A stretch of DNA of 59,696 bases, filler included, from Sphacelaria rigidula (taxonomy: Eukaryota), in the NCBI GenBank assembly GCA_964200075.2. It is 7 parts of 7 records of this genome, joined end to end, with 100 filler letters (N's around TTAATTAATTAA, not from the genome) between each part and the next. Parts side by side here need not be neighbours in the genome. Positions count along the whole stretch, not along the records: positions 34,171 to 42,612 come from CAXNAA020011117.1; positions 42,713 to 51,154 come from CAXNAA020011118.1; 5 more parts are not named here. The stretch is one strand, 5' to 3'. A model generated the notes under the pieces. The model searched no databases, was not told the DNA's origin, and worked only from the letters and a program-made list of their open reading frames with translations. Numbering within the stretch: the stretch's first letter is position 1; every line of letters begins with the position of its first letter. Positions 37,101-49,899 of the stretch are shown in pieces. The position numbers and the translations under genes were made by a program.

Positions 37101-38500
37101 TAACTGCAGAGTATTGTGTACAGTACCACGGATGGAGTGAGTACGAGGTAAACTGTCCTGAGCCTTCATTGTCCGCTGCGGATATGGTGTTAATATGCCA
37201 AAGTTTCTTGACATCGATCTGTATGTACTCTCTCTGGATAGCAACTACCCGAGCAGCCTCAGCCTTAGCAGCTGCTGCAGCCTCGCGGGCTGCGGTCTGT
37301 GCTTGGCTAGCCGCGGCGGCAGCTAAAGTGCGGGCCGAGGTCGAAGACAAAGGTCGATTTTTGTCATCAGCGTCAGATAAACCTAATAACTCGCGGGAAA
37401 CATCAGCTAAACGAGGGGTTTCTTGCCTGACATTGATAGAGTTGACTGACGGCGGATCAGTCGTTGACTCATTCCGGTGACGGGGATTGCGGGACGAGCT
37501 GTCCGACGAGCCAGATCCCGAACGTTTCCAGTTTGGGTGCTGTTTGCTGCGGACCGTCCGTCAAGAATTAGATCCTCGGCATCCGCCACCGGAGGATCCG
37601 GAACCGTCGCGGCGACCCTCGCGCCCGCCACCCTGGCGGTCATCATTGTCGTCGTTGTCGTTGTGTGGCCGACAGTTTGCGATGATCGGAGTCCATCCGT
37701 CGTCGTCATTGTCGTAGTCGTCGTCAGCGGAGGTGCCGGTCTGAAACGCGCTCCGTAAATCTTGCAAAAGGCTATGGGCGGCTCTGTTGTAGGTATCGGC
37801 ACCATCATTGGGGCCCGTTTGCGCGTGTGCCACAAGCTGGGCGATCGTCAGAGCATGCGGATCTGCCACCAGAAGTTGAGCGCCTTGGTCCAGATATAGA
37901 CCCAAGGCAACTAAAACCCGATGGTAGACGGGAGTCCACGCGGCCTTGGAGCTTTGCAGGCGGTTATCCACCGAAACGTCGGCGGAGAAATCTCACACAG
38001 TATGCACGAGCCAAGTGGCCTCGTGAGAGGAGAGAGACAGGCAGGGTTCGCCCGCGGTCGTCGCGCCAGGGCTGGCGGCTTCCGATGTTCGGGGTATGCG
38101 GTACCCCGCGAATGGCGAAGATGCCGCGCCCAATGGTGAGAGAGCCTGAAGCGACGTCGCGCGCGCCCGAGCGGCCTGATGGTCTGACAGTAAAGTCGTC
38201 GCGGACGCAGCATGCTCAGCGGTCCGAGTAATGTGGGCGACCAGCTCCTCCGTCTTACGTTTACTGGCTGCTACGGCCGTTTGGTGTTCCGCGTGAGCCC
38301 GAAGGGCAGCGGAGTGGGCGGCGGTGGCGGTAGTGGCGTTTCGTTGCAGGTTAACCTGCCTGGTGTTGAATTCCTCCCGGAGGAGGCGAACCGCGTTCTC
38401 GTCAGCAGTGCTGGCATTGGGAATATCCCGCGATGTCGGAGCCAGGGTGGTAGCCTTAAGAGTCGATGCCGGAGTTGTGGTCGGCGGCACCAAGCTTCAT
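34171..38500 (-). mobile_element. Degenerate Ty3/gypsy-type gag-protease region of a different family; pol would lie beyond the linker
   Basis: 453-aa ORF 35883-37244 with a degenerate knuckle KCINYNVQGHSMRDC, and aspartic protease motif LLDSG at ~34550-34565. Frameshifts present; the upstream boundary is approximate. Confidence 0.7.
35367..35463. mobile_element. 97-bp piggyBac-like mini-MITE inserted in the retroelement
   Basis: TTAA|CCCTTACACCGCGAG...CTCGCGGTCTAAGGG|TTAA with an intact TTAA TSD. Confidence 0.9.
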
Positions 38501-39261
38501 CACATAGAGCACCGCCGCCCTTCCGAAGGTATACCGCTTCAGGATGACATAGTTCTTGTGAAAAACAAATATCACCGATATACTGTATCACTGGTCTAGG
38601 CTGTGGCCGGTTGGCGGAGGGAGATGAGGCCCAGACCGGGCCTGGAAAAAACAAACGCCAAACAATTCTATCTTGTTGACCTCTCTGTGGTACATGGGGT
38701 CAAGTAGCGCACGTGTGTCCACCAACTCAAGAAACCCGAGTTAAATCCGTTCAAGAATCATGGCAAACAAAGAAGAAATCGATTATTTTCGTCTGATTAT
38801 TTCATCACGACCCGTACCTATGAACTCCGTGCCACATACGCACCTCATGTATCTCTCGACAGTTTAGTACTGTATTTTCAGTACAAGTCAAGCGTTACTT
38901 TGCTTGTGGATTTCTCCACCGCGTCTGAACGAACCGACCTGAAACATGGCACAGAGGTGGACCACAACACAGACAGCATATTCCCGAATCGGCGGCACGT
39001 TACGTGGTGCGCAATACGCACAAAGCAAATACGGATTTGGACAATGCCATCGATACACCCTCAAAACGGAGTCCCCTCGGCGCAGACTGCGTGAGACGTC
39101 CGCCGTGGATGCATGTGTTGACACGCAGATGCGCTCACTTCCACACCATGACCTGCTGGGTGGCTCCTGCCCCGGCACACTTGACTTGAACCCATCATCA
39201 GCCCTTTCAGAACTCACAATGGAAAATTGATCATTTGCAATTGACGGTTTTCGAGCGAGAT

Positions 39262-39518
39262 GAGTGATGCTACGGTAGGGGTACGCAATTTTTTTCTGAG
39301 GTAAGAATTGTTAGGAGCCCTTTATCTAATCCAAAACACGGCTTATGGAAATATGCGAGAGTACGCCAGGATTACTATTCCACTGCGCTGGTAATATCCC
39401 GATTTAATCTGCAAACGGGGATGCCCTGACCCATATCTTTGTGCTTCTAGAACCGTTAGGAACCCCTGAACCAGACAAAATTTCGCGAAAGAAGTGCACC
39501 CCTACCGTAGCATTGCTC
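39262..39518. mobile_element. 257-bp MITE (possibly Harbinger-like); a second copy starts at 42538 and is truncated by the linker
   Basis: TIR GAGTGATGCTACGGTAGGGGT / ACCCCTACCGTAGCATTGCTC; 42538-42612 is collinear with 39262-39335. Confidence 0.8.
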
Positions 39519-39769
39519 TTCTGTGGCGATTGAGCCTCAGGATCTAAGGAGACTACACGTAAGTCTTCCCTGAGTGAAATATACATCTTTTGTTCTGCTT
39601 ACTTCTTCTCTAGTTGTATCCATCTGTTCATTTGTGCCGCAGCTGAGCACACATCAACTATAGCTTGCACCTCAATCGAAAGGTCATTTGATCCTTGGAC
39701 ATCCGACATCACCCCCCTGCATCAAGCAGCTAAGGCGACAATCCACTCCTCATTTAACATTATAGAGTA

Positions 39770-40899
39770 TCATTTGTCGGTTAGCAATCGTCTTTGTCTT
39801 GCATATGAAGTGATACGAGAACAGAACCAAATCAATCTGGCTAAGGTGGCCAGGGCAAACTCGGTGTTGGATGATGTGGTACATAACCGCCCGGTGTGGA
39901 AGGTAGACCAATGGACATGGGTATATTACGATGTAAAGACCATCAACCGAGGGACTAGCTAAAAAAATCAGCCTCTTTGGACAAAGCGTTGAAGGCGAAA
40001 CTTTCCTTAAATTGGACTAGTCCTTGGGAAATTTTGGCTGTCGGTCCAAGCGCTACCGCACCCGACAAGAGTCCTGTGGGAGCGAACTTTTGTATTTGTA
40101 TTTTCCCACGGATGAACCTGGTTTAAAACCGAAAAGTCGCGTCTCGATGCCACGATGCAAACCGTGTATCCCCCCTCATGACTCCTCCTCGGACATGCCC
40201 AAGCAACTGCCGCTAGGGCTTAGCCAGTATGTGTTGATCAAGCTTGCGATCAAAACTCCGCCGTATCATATGACGGTCGAGGATGCGAATGCATCCCTGG
40301 AACGCGTTGCGGTGGATAGGATTTCGGGTCATCAACTGGTCCGCGGCCGTGGTGGTAAGATAGCCGTAATGTATCCAACACATTGGCAGGGTATCATGCG
40401 TGTTACACGGGAGCGTGAAGTTGACTTGCGTCATTTTCGTCGGAAACAATTGCTGTACTGGGTAGGAGATGCCGTCCAACACCGCCCGTTGAATAGGAGA
40501 TATCGGTCTATGCGCAAGGGAGCTGCCTCTCGGGAACTAGCACGTGGGCACTTAGCGCGGATTGTCGTATAAGGCTTTAGCCTTCTTTCGCGTTCATAAT
40601 GCATGCAGTCTTTTCACGGACAACGCTTGTCGAAGGGGGCGTACTTTTGGTATAAGGCTTTGTATTCACGGTGGTGGTTAGGTAAGATTCATTTGGTCGA
40701 CCCAGCATCTGACAACTCCTACTTTATCCGTTTCCTCGATGACCCGAGCCCCCTTAAGATTCGCTTGGATGATGCCTACTACACCGAGGTACCGACCGCC
40801 CGCCGGGGATCCTGGTGCCTCCAACGACACGACCAAGGCGATCTCGACACAGCCGTTTTACGCAACACGGACACCGCTTGGGATGCAGAAGACTCATGA
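39770..40899 (+). pseudogene. pol: 3' end of a Ty3/gypsy pol: integrase GPY/F region, chromodomain-like and Tudor-like domains
   Basis: KAKLSLNWT.PWEILAVGP (frameshifted); VDRISGHQLVRG...MYPTHWQGI..VTRERE.DL; FWYKA....WWLGKI......SYFIRFLDD. Confidence 0.7.
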
Positions 40900-41734
40900 T
40901 GCCGCATCCGAGTCTGCTTCCCCACTCACCTTGCGTAGTGTACGGATACCCGACCTGACAAACCGGCTGGTTCTTTTCGTATCTCTTCGTGTGAGAAAGA
41001 AAAAATGCTGTACGACTGGATCACCACCCAGACGTCCTTAGCAAGTCGTTGCTCTCACAAACATGTACCGACAATTAACTCACGTCCACCGGGTTGATTT
41101 GTCCGTATCATGCGTTTTTTGTTTTTTCAACGTAATACTATGGTTTTCGCGGGAGAACACTTTTTTCGCGACGAATTCAGCTGTACGCTGTTGGCTTTTG
41201 CTGATTGACTAGGACGAGTGATTAGCATAAACTTGGTTATCGAAGTGATAAAATGCCTTGGCGGGCTTGCTTGTTTTTCTATCAATGAACTGAAACAAAT
41301 CGGACATCCGGAAAAGAGTGGAAAACATTTATTCATGATATAGTTATGGCAGGGTTGATGATCTTTTCAATGATGGGCCTCTGATTTCCTGTGACTACCC
41401 CGGAACTGCCCACGGCTTTTTGAGGACACTGCATTTTAGGGTATATTAGTTTGATTTTTTTGTGTTTATTTTTGATTCCCATGATCCTCCCTGAGACGCT
41501 CACGGAATTCGAGGACACTGCATTCTTGTATCGGTCCGATGTTTTTTCGTTTGCCTTGTTTCTTGTGTTTTGTGTTTTTTTTTTGTGTCGGTCATACCTT
41601 ATCGCTCCCCGTACCGAAAAATACTTGATCGCTTGAATGAGTCTCAGTTCTCTGTGGTGCGGGAGTGGTGTGGCTCGATGCAAGTTCGTCCCTTCTGAAA
41701 AGAAACTCCACTTGAACGATCCAGGGCGGGCTAT

Positions 41735-42308
41735 TGTGATGGTATATGACCGCGTGCGATAATTAAACTAGCACGGTGGGATATCACGATCGTTTCACAA
41801 ACGATCGGCGGGTATGAGGAGATCCTAGTCGAAAGTGTGCATATGTAAATAATAAATTGGACTATTTGCTTGGCTGATTTGGCGTTTTCATGAGTTCGTG
41901 TTCGGACATAGCCTGTGGCGGATTAGTCATATGGGGGACACGCGTGCCAACGCTTGATTGGTTGGAGGCACGCACCAGGCTGATTTTGTAATATGACAGG
42001 TTTGTACGCGAGGCAGGGTAACAAGTCAAGCGGCACGCTGCCCACCCCTCACCTTCGCACTTGAGTTCACAGTCAAGCAGCCTACATCTCTTTGGATATA
42101 GGGTTACCGTAGAAAGCTAATCAAGAGAGCCTCCAAGCATCACCTCCCTGCTGATCTCTTCAGTTCTGCCTGGTCTTCAAGTCCATAGCTCGGACCACGT
42201 GAGTCGTGGAGAGTTGTGCGTATCTTATCCTTTATATATACCCTTCATTCCTGTTTTACCCTTCGATCGATTGCGATTGTCTGAAAGACTGGCTGTAATT
42301 CCTTCACA
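41735..42308 (+). repeat. 3' LTR (574 bp) of the element at 39770-41734
   Basis: TGTGATGG...CCTTCACA inverted termini, preceded by purine-rich AGGGCGGG. Confidence 0.65.
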
Positions 42309-43365
42309 GTAGGACCGAGTGGTGCTTGTTTTGGGAGCTTCAGAGCTAGTAATCCAAACTGAAGAAAGGACCGCTTGCTAACATCCCTCAACGGTGTGGC
42401 TTGCTTGCATCGGCGTATACGGCTTTATTGCTCTGTATTGCCTATACTTCTACGATTATTCATTAAGTTCTTCATTTCATTAGTGCAGAAATAAAATATA
42501 AAATAAGATGAAAAATAAAACATAAAATGCCGGTATAGAGTGATGCTACGGTAGGGGTACAGAAATATTTTCTGAGGTTAGAATTGTTAGGAGCCCCTTA
42601 TCTCATCCAAGANNNNNNNNNNNNNNNNNNNNNNNNNNNNNNNNNNNNNNNNNNNNTTAATTAATTAANNNNNNNNNNNNNNNNNNNNNNNNNNNNNNNN
42701 NNNNNNNNNNNNCCCAGCGGGGACGTCTCTACCTACACCACCCCCCCCCCCCCCCCCCCCCCCCCCGAGAAAGAAGAAGAGGGAGTTTTGTGTCATTTTC
42801 CAACGGTATCCCATTTCTCAATTTTGATGCTTTGATGGGGAACGATCAAGGCACGAAAAACATTTTTTTTTTTTGCATCGTGACCCCGCTCCCCTTTTTC
42901 AAGCGAGCGCCAGGCAAAGACACAGTGAAAAAACAGCACTTCCTACTACCCAGTGAACATGGAATGAATAAGATGGCGATTTTCGCCACGACTTCGTTTC
43001 AGTGCTGACGATTTTCGATTTTCTCGAATTCGTCGACAATCCAAAACATTGAGAGGAACCCTTGTTGACTCTTCGTTTATGAGAGTGGAAAAGAGAAACA
43101 CCATACCTTCTAGATACTACACGGAATGTGATGAATCAGTACGAGAGTGGTGCAGGCGCTACAGGCGGTTGCGACCGTTGCCACGACTTTTTTTTTCCCA
43201 GTCTTGACCAACGCGATTTGTTTTGTCAGAAGTCATCCACGAGACAACGGCAAGGACAATAATGATCCGTTGGTCATTTTGTTTTTTCCTTGTTATTTTT
43301 GTTATTTGTTTTTTCACTGTAGATGAGGCCCATTGTTGTTGTGTCGTCGTTGATCTCGATGGCAG

Positions 43366-43421
43366 GACACGCTGATCGACTACTTCGAGCATGTCGGCGG
43401 CCCGGCTGCTGTGTATGTTAG
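43366..43421 (+). CDS. TDP1: Tyrosyl-DNA phosphodiesterase 1, internal exon (DTLIDYFEHVGGPAAVYV)
   Basis: ggcag|GAC...GTT AG|GTAAGC. The phase-2 end joins the next exon to give YVRKLRGKFDFS, matching the TDP1 DL..YL...DFS stretch. Confidence 0.75.
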
Positions 43422-43959
43422 GTAAGCACAGACCGAGTGCACTCGTATGTGCCTGCGGTTAATGAAGTCGATATTCCATCATTCAGTTTTTTTCGCTCGC
43501 TGGTGAAGACAAAAAACAGAGGCTATTTTTTCCCACCATCATCATCGTTGTCATCGTCGTCGTCGTACAGCAAGTGGTCGTGGTGGCTCGTTTGTTTTTT
43601 GTTCCTCAGCTGTTTTGGAGCACATTCTATTGCTACGTATGTATGAATATATCGACGTATTTTATCACACGACGGACAGCTACCTAAAATCACTAATCGA
43701 AGAGAACTCCTGGATCCGTTGCTCAAGAACACAAGTTACCCGACAGCAGGGTCTCAGAAGCCAAAGCGCTACCCTTGCGCTACTCCCCGTGCTCGTCGTC
43801 TAGCGCTGTTTCGGTTGAGTTTTTCTGTTTATCGATTTTCGTACTTTAACCTACCCCCAGGGATCCAGCTGTGTTCACATGCTGTAGGGAAACCATGTGG
43901 AGGAAAGGGGCCAAAAGAGCTAGCTCATGGTCCGGATCGCTACATTACTTCATTATTTT

Positions 43960-44046
43960 GTTCTTTTTTTGCTGCTCCTGACCACGGGCTGGATTGTTGC
44001 AGTAAGCTAATGTGAGATAATCAACCAACCAATCAATCAATCAATC
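43960..44046 (+). mobile_element. Non-LTR retroelement 3' tail ending in (CAAT)n; near-identical copy at ~44760-44838, similar tail at ~47570-47648
   Basis: TTTTTGCTGCTCCTGACCACGGGCTGGA.TGTTGCA.T.AGCTAATGTGAGATAATCAA occurs twice. Confidence 0.7.
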
Positions 44047-44459
44047 ACTACACTAATCAGAATAATGTTCGAGTAACTCATGAGCTGTCTGACGTGTGAA
44101 AGTAACACATGAAGTGTACCGCCGAAAAATAAACCATGGCTCGGGCAGTAGTGAGTGCGACTTAACCTTCAAGGAGCACTCCATATCGGTCATGCATCAT
44201 CTTTTTGTTGATGTTTTGAAATATTGATGGTTATACCCGTGTGTCTTTGTATGTCGGCCCTCCATCCTTCCTGCCAGCGAGCGGCCTATGGCGAAGAGCT
44301 GGCTTTCGTGCGCAGTACAGTAGGCTCCACGCGTGTGAACAAGGTCATTTTATGTACGAAGTTTCTTACTATCTTAGCATAAATAGCGTTGTGATAAATT
44401 TAGTGAAGAGTACCTGCGACGGGTACAGGTACAGGTGCGGGTACGGGTACAGGTACGCG

Positions 44460-44553
44460 GGAAAACCATGCTCCGTCTCGCAAGGAATGCGTGGTCAATG
44501 ATCAAACGACTAACGTAAGCGGCAAACGAAGTACGCCCCCCCCCGCCCCCCCC
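44460..44553 (+). mobile_element. 5'-truncated copy of the LINE 3' end at 50650-50732
   Basis: TGCGTGGTCAATG.T.AAACGACTAA.G.AAGC..CAAA.GA.GTAC.CCCCCC is shared. Confidence 0.75.
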
Positions 44554-45782
44554 CGGGGATAGCCGGAGTTCTTCCAGGGTATACCGGGTCGATTTGTGGA
44601 GGGGGAGGGGGGTCATCAACCGTCCTGAGTGCAAAACAGGATATCTGTCGCTTCAGTTTTTTCGTGTTCCACGAGTATTCTGGCCACCCGTGAAATGATT
44701 GACTTTTAATGTGTCGTTTTCTGTTCCTTTCTTTCTTTTTTGTTTTTTATTATTCTGTTCTATTTTTGCTGCTCCTGACCACGGGCTGGAGTGTTGCAAT
44801 CAGCTAATGTGAGATAATCAATCGATCAATCAATCAATGTATGTCGGTCCTTATCCGCCGGGATATGAAATCACGATCGAAAATGATGAAGAAAAATGTG
44901 AACAAAAAGGCGAAAAAAAGCGGAAAAAGAAAGAACAAAATACGTAAGATTCCGGGGCTAGAAAAAAACCCAGCGATATCGGGGCTCGAACCCGCGTCTA
45001 CAAACGTGAAAGTAGGCACTTGCTATGTGCATTATTAGGTCCGTGTCGGCCACTCGTTTCGGTCCAGAGTGGTAAATATTTATCAACATGTAGTGTATTG
45101 TAGCGTAGTGCGGTGTGGTGTAGTGTAGTGTAGTGTAGTGTAGAGCAGTCTAGTGTTGCATAGTGTACTGCACTATGACAGTAGTGCACCGTCCCGGACA
45201 ATGTACGGCGTACTGCGGTATAGGTTATAGCTCTGGCCTGCACTTTATACCCCTGTCATGTACGATGCTGCTTGTTTTAGGATAGGGCAATGAACGACCA
45301 TTGACTGCACTGTGAAACGAAGCGGTGCCCTATCCTACTCTACCGAAATAATGCACCATACACGTATGCATCGTGCTCTACATTTCAGTACCGCACTGCG
45401 GGGACTCCGCACATCACGGAGGGGGGGACGCTTCGAAGCCATCCCCGGTACCTTCCATCCATTTTTTCTTCTTTTTTTTCCCAATTCCCAAGTGCCTTCA
45501 GTGTTTGATAACACTTGTTTCTTTTTCAATGGCATGTCCGTCAACGTCTCATGTTATTTTGTTTTTGTGAAACCAGCCACTTATTTCTGGCCACCCGTGC
45601 CTATTTCTTTCGGTCCAGAGTGGTATGTATCTGTTTGGTGGAAAAGGGGACGAGCCCTCAACGAGCACAGGCGGGGAATTTAACCCCCTCGTAGGCGGTG
45701 GTACGACCATGTATTCACAGTTCTGTCGCATTTTGACTCTTCCATCGCTATCTGACATTTTGTATGCGCGTGAACGGCCCAG

Positions 45783-45993
45783 GAAACTTCGGGGAAAATT
45801 CGACTTTTCCGAGGCAAACGTGGCGTTGGTGCCCAGTGTGCCGGGCAAGCACCGGGACGAACATCTTTATAAGTACGGGCACATGCGAGTGCGGAAGCTG
45901 CTGCGCAAAGAGGAGATTCTGGGGGTCCGTGAGCCGAAGACGCACAAGATTGCGTTTCAAGTGGCGAGTTTGGCCAACGTTTCTCGGAAACCG
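45783..45993 (+). CDS. TDP1: Tyrosyl-DNA phosphodiesterase 1, internal exon
   Basis: FDFSEANVALVPSVPGKH....KYGHMRVRKLL...IAFQVASLA matches the TDP1 signature DFS...LIASVPG.H...GH..L...Q.SS.G. Acceptor cccag| and donor CCG|GTGAGT. Confidence 0.85.
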
Positions 45994-46208
45994 GTGAGTG
46001 ACTGGGAAAGTATGGCGGTATGGTCCATTTTAGTATCTGTAGCAAGCCGAAGGCTAGAATTGTTTTTTTGTTTTTGTGCTGGACATATATATAGGTATAT
46101 ATAGGCGTGTGTACGTGTATGAACATATGCAAAATAAATAGTAGCGTCGGTGGTATCACTGGTACGGGATAAAAAACAGTCAGGAGGGAAAGTTGAGGGT
46201 TCGATATC

Positions 46209-46209
46209 G

Positions 46210-46262
<53 letters not shown>

Positions 46263-46320
46263 GCTGCTGCTGCTGCTGCTGTTGTTGTTGTTGTTATCAT
46301 CATCATTGTTATTATTATTT
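46209..46320. repeat. Trinucleotide microsatellite (GTT/GCT/ATC/ATT)n in a TDP1 intron; others at 1721-1756 (GT)n, 1838-1861 (CAA)n, 55432-55480 (CT)n, 57360-57437 (ACA/ACG)n
   Basis: Visible directly in the sequence. Confidence 0.95.
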
Positions 46321-48653
46321 TGTTTCATTACTGTCATTATATCCGTCACATCAGCTCGATCTCCCGAACCCGTGTGTGCGTGCGTGTGTGTGCAAAGAGT
46401 GCAAGGAGCATACCACCCATACCCATACTGTACCTCAAATAGCCCGCAGAGCAAGGCTAAAAACAAACCATCTACACGAAAAAAGGCACCAACACTAAGG
46501 AATACCCGTATAAGACCGATTGAACCACAGAAGACCTATTGGAATCTGAAACGTGCCGGCGTGTGACCTCTCCGACTACCTCGCCACGTAGTGGTATTGT
46601 ACAGTGCAGTATACACAGAGAAGTAACAGTGAGTGAGCCGGTAATCGAACTGTTGCATAAAACAGAGACCAATCCCCAGATAGATCTACTGTGTGGAGTG
46701 CTGTTCAAAGAGAGTCGCTACAGAGCCCGCGCAGACAACGTGAGATATGAAGATCCAAAAAAGACAAAGATAACAAAAAGGACAAGCCGATGGCAACGAG
46801 GAGGGAACGCGATGAACGATATTCTCCCTTGGGTTCTAGTCAAGTAGCATCGTGATAGAAACACAACAGACAGGGCGTGTCTAGCTTACAAACGACGTAG
46901 CGCTATCAGCAAAAACCAGAGTCTGTTCAGAGTGTCCTGTACACAACCATGAAAGCATGGGATACCATCTGTTTGTAATATCCACAACAAAACAACCATA
47001 TCAAAGACACAACAGAAAAATAATATTCCGCCCTCAACGAAATTAACGGCCCTGCTCTGCTCTTCTCCGCTGCAGGATCCTCCTCCCAGTTGACCTCCTG
47101 ACGCTCCCATCTGTCCTCACCAGCGTCCATGGCCAACGCAACCGCCCATCCTCGCCAGTGTCCATGATCCCCACATGTCTCGTCGGTGTTCGCAGTCAGT
47201 GCCCATTCTGCTTCATTCCGTGTGAAACACTGCCTCCTTCGTGATGCACTCTGGTCCTGACCTTCAGGTGTCTCCTCCATCCTTGTCGCCGAAACCGGCC
47301 TACGCACTGGCACACGTTCCTCTGTATCAAAGGTGCTGCGTGCCAGGTTTCGACAGCGGTGTCACATGCCTCCGCGCACACACCGAATCCCAACATGCCC
47401 GCGCTCAGGGTGTTCACACATTAAATTGCTTGTAACACGGGATGTGCCCGCACTCAGGGTGTTGACATGTTATACTGCTCTATTATTGCAGGGGTAGATG
47501 TACCTGATGGACACCGCGCTGACCCAACCCTAGCACCAGACAAAATAAATGAGGTACACTATATCTTATCATGTGACCGTGGGATCTCTGGGGGGTCAGT
47601 TAAAGTGTGACAATCAATCAATCAATCAACCAACCAACCAATCAATCAAGATATTAATGGTAGTTTTCGCTGGGTACACCTATCCCAATTGGCGGACAAA
47701 ATAAGATACTCTGCGAGGCCCTTGTTTCCCGCCACGCTGTTCGGCGGTAACATCGCGCTCCTTTTTAGCGAAAGTTGTTGTACATGCTCTGCATGAACTG
47801 TGGGGGCCTTGCCTTCGCGTGGGGATTGATTTTTGAGTGGTGTGGGGCTAGCACGGACAGCTCCAACTTGCGCGGTTACCTGTACCTACGTGTGGGCTGG
47901 ACATAGGTGGGAAAGTACCCACTTTTTCCGTTTTGTCCTTTTAATATAATGTCGATATTCTATGTCTATATGTGAGTGTGCTTGACTCTACCCTACCCGC
48001 AGTCGTATACCGCATCTTCAAATAATGACGTACCCCCCTCTTCTTACTGTGTCACTTTCGCTACGGTCTTTGCCATTTCTATTACTTCATGAACGTATGT
48101 ATAGATCAGTGGGACCGTTGGAGCGTGACTTGGACAGAACTGGCTCGCCTGACCCGAAATGTCACATATCTTGTATCTTTTGCTTCGGAGTAAATGGATA
48201 TTAGAATGGGGACATGAGCTGGGTCCAAATTTCTTGAGCCCTGTCTATCAACTAGCCCGGAATGTTTTGGCCCCATATTTTCTTTTCACTGACGTGATTC
48301 CTACAAACGGACCGGTTCCACGGATGATTGAGTCCTTGATTGCTGTTTTGAGGTGTTTGATCGAAATCTAACGCACCTGCAAGTAGATTTCGCTGTTTGT
48401 CCACTGCGTTATCCGTCACGTATCTCCTTACCGCAAGCTTCAAATGGAAATGGGGAGAAGAGCAATTACCGATCGTAGACCAGTATACAAACCTTGGCGT
48501 AAATATGTAAAGAAAATTGTGCGTAAGATACACACGCACAAATGAAGTAATATAAAAGGGTAAGACACAGATAGGCAAAATGAATGTGATTCTAAGATAC
48601 TCACACCTACGAGCTGGTTCAGATGGAATGCCCAAGATTCATTCCCCGGGATT

Positions 48654-48926
48654 TCCTCACGCCGTGTTTTCGAGTTAGACCACGAAACTTTGCACACATG
48701 TTCTTGAGGGCACCATCTAAAACTCGAAGACCGTTTTTTTTCTTTGGTGTCGAGATAGTCGGGATCTGATCCCTCCCCCGGTCAAGTAGGTCAACCGCGA
48801 CCTTGGATAAAAAGCCACCAACAAAAATACTTAGGAAAAAGAAAACGGTCTTCGACTTTTAGATAGTGCCCTCCAGAACATGCGTGCAAATTTTCGTGGT
48901 CTAACTCGAAAAAACGGCGTGAGGAC
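48654..48926. repeat. Inverted repeat pair (~88-bp arms, ~95-bp spacer)
   Basis: TCCTCACGCCG...GAAGACCGTTTT at 48654-48740 is the near reverse complement of 48840-48925. Confidence 0.85.
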
Positions 48927-49899
48927 ACGCCAAAACGCGTGCGCTGAAGTATAAAAAAGTCTATAATTACTTGATTCAAGTACAGAATCGCCTTTTTGGG
49001 GTTGTTTTCACGGTAAAAGACACAGCCGATTCCGTTTTTTGAGTTGAGCAACGAAAATTAGTATACGTGTTCCTTGGGACACCACTTGACCCTAAGATGT
49101 CAAATTTTGGTGCTGGGGCATACTGTACCGGTTTTCTGTGGTCTTTATGCTGGGACCCCCGGAAGCCGGTAGAGAACGGAAAAACTTTGAAATCTTGCCA
49201 AGCATACAACTTTTCCATTTGAAGCATCAATACCTACGGAACTGCCAAGTTTGAGGATGACCTGAGCTTTTCTTCAACAGATAGAAGAGAAATCGTCTCG
49301 AGGCTCCGTGGGTCTTTCGTATCATTGGTGGAAATTAGACGAGGCCAAAGCTCCAGATCACCAAAACATTACGGTTTGGGGCAAATTCGACCCCGTTGGA
49401 ACCGTTTCCAAATCTGTTTCTTTCGTTACATTCCCAAGCTGATGACGGTTACTACGACTTGAACCATGTAGAGATTCGGTGGAAATTGGGTTTGGAATTC
49501 GTGTTTTCAATTTCGGAACAATTTCAAAGGCGCTGATTGGTCGAGACATATTTTTTTCCATAGCGCCACCGCTATAGCCTTGGATAAAAATCCGGCTATG
49601 TTACCCTTTTTGTCTGTTCATTGCGGTCAGTATGATACCATATATGTGCATATTGGCTGGGTATTGCGTTCGTCATTAGCCGGGGAATAAATTTTGGGTA
49701 TTCAATCTGAACCAGCTTGTAGATACTAGGATTCAGAGATGCATTCTGATCAATGTGAGTGTTTCAAAGCTGGGTTATGCAGTAGAAGTATGGAAAGGGA
49801 ACGCGATTGGTGAAACAAACTGGAAATGCGGCAGATGGCAGCAGTCAAGAAAGTGCCTGGGTGTTGAAACATGATTAGTGATACAGCATTGAGAGCGTA

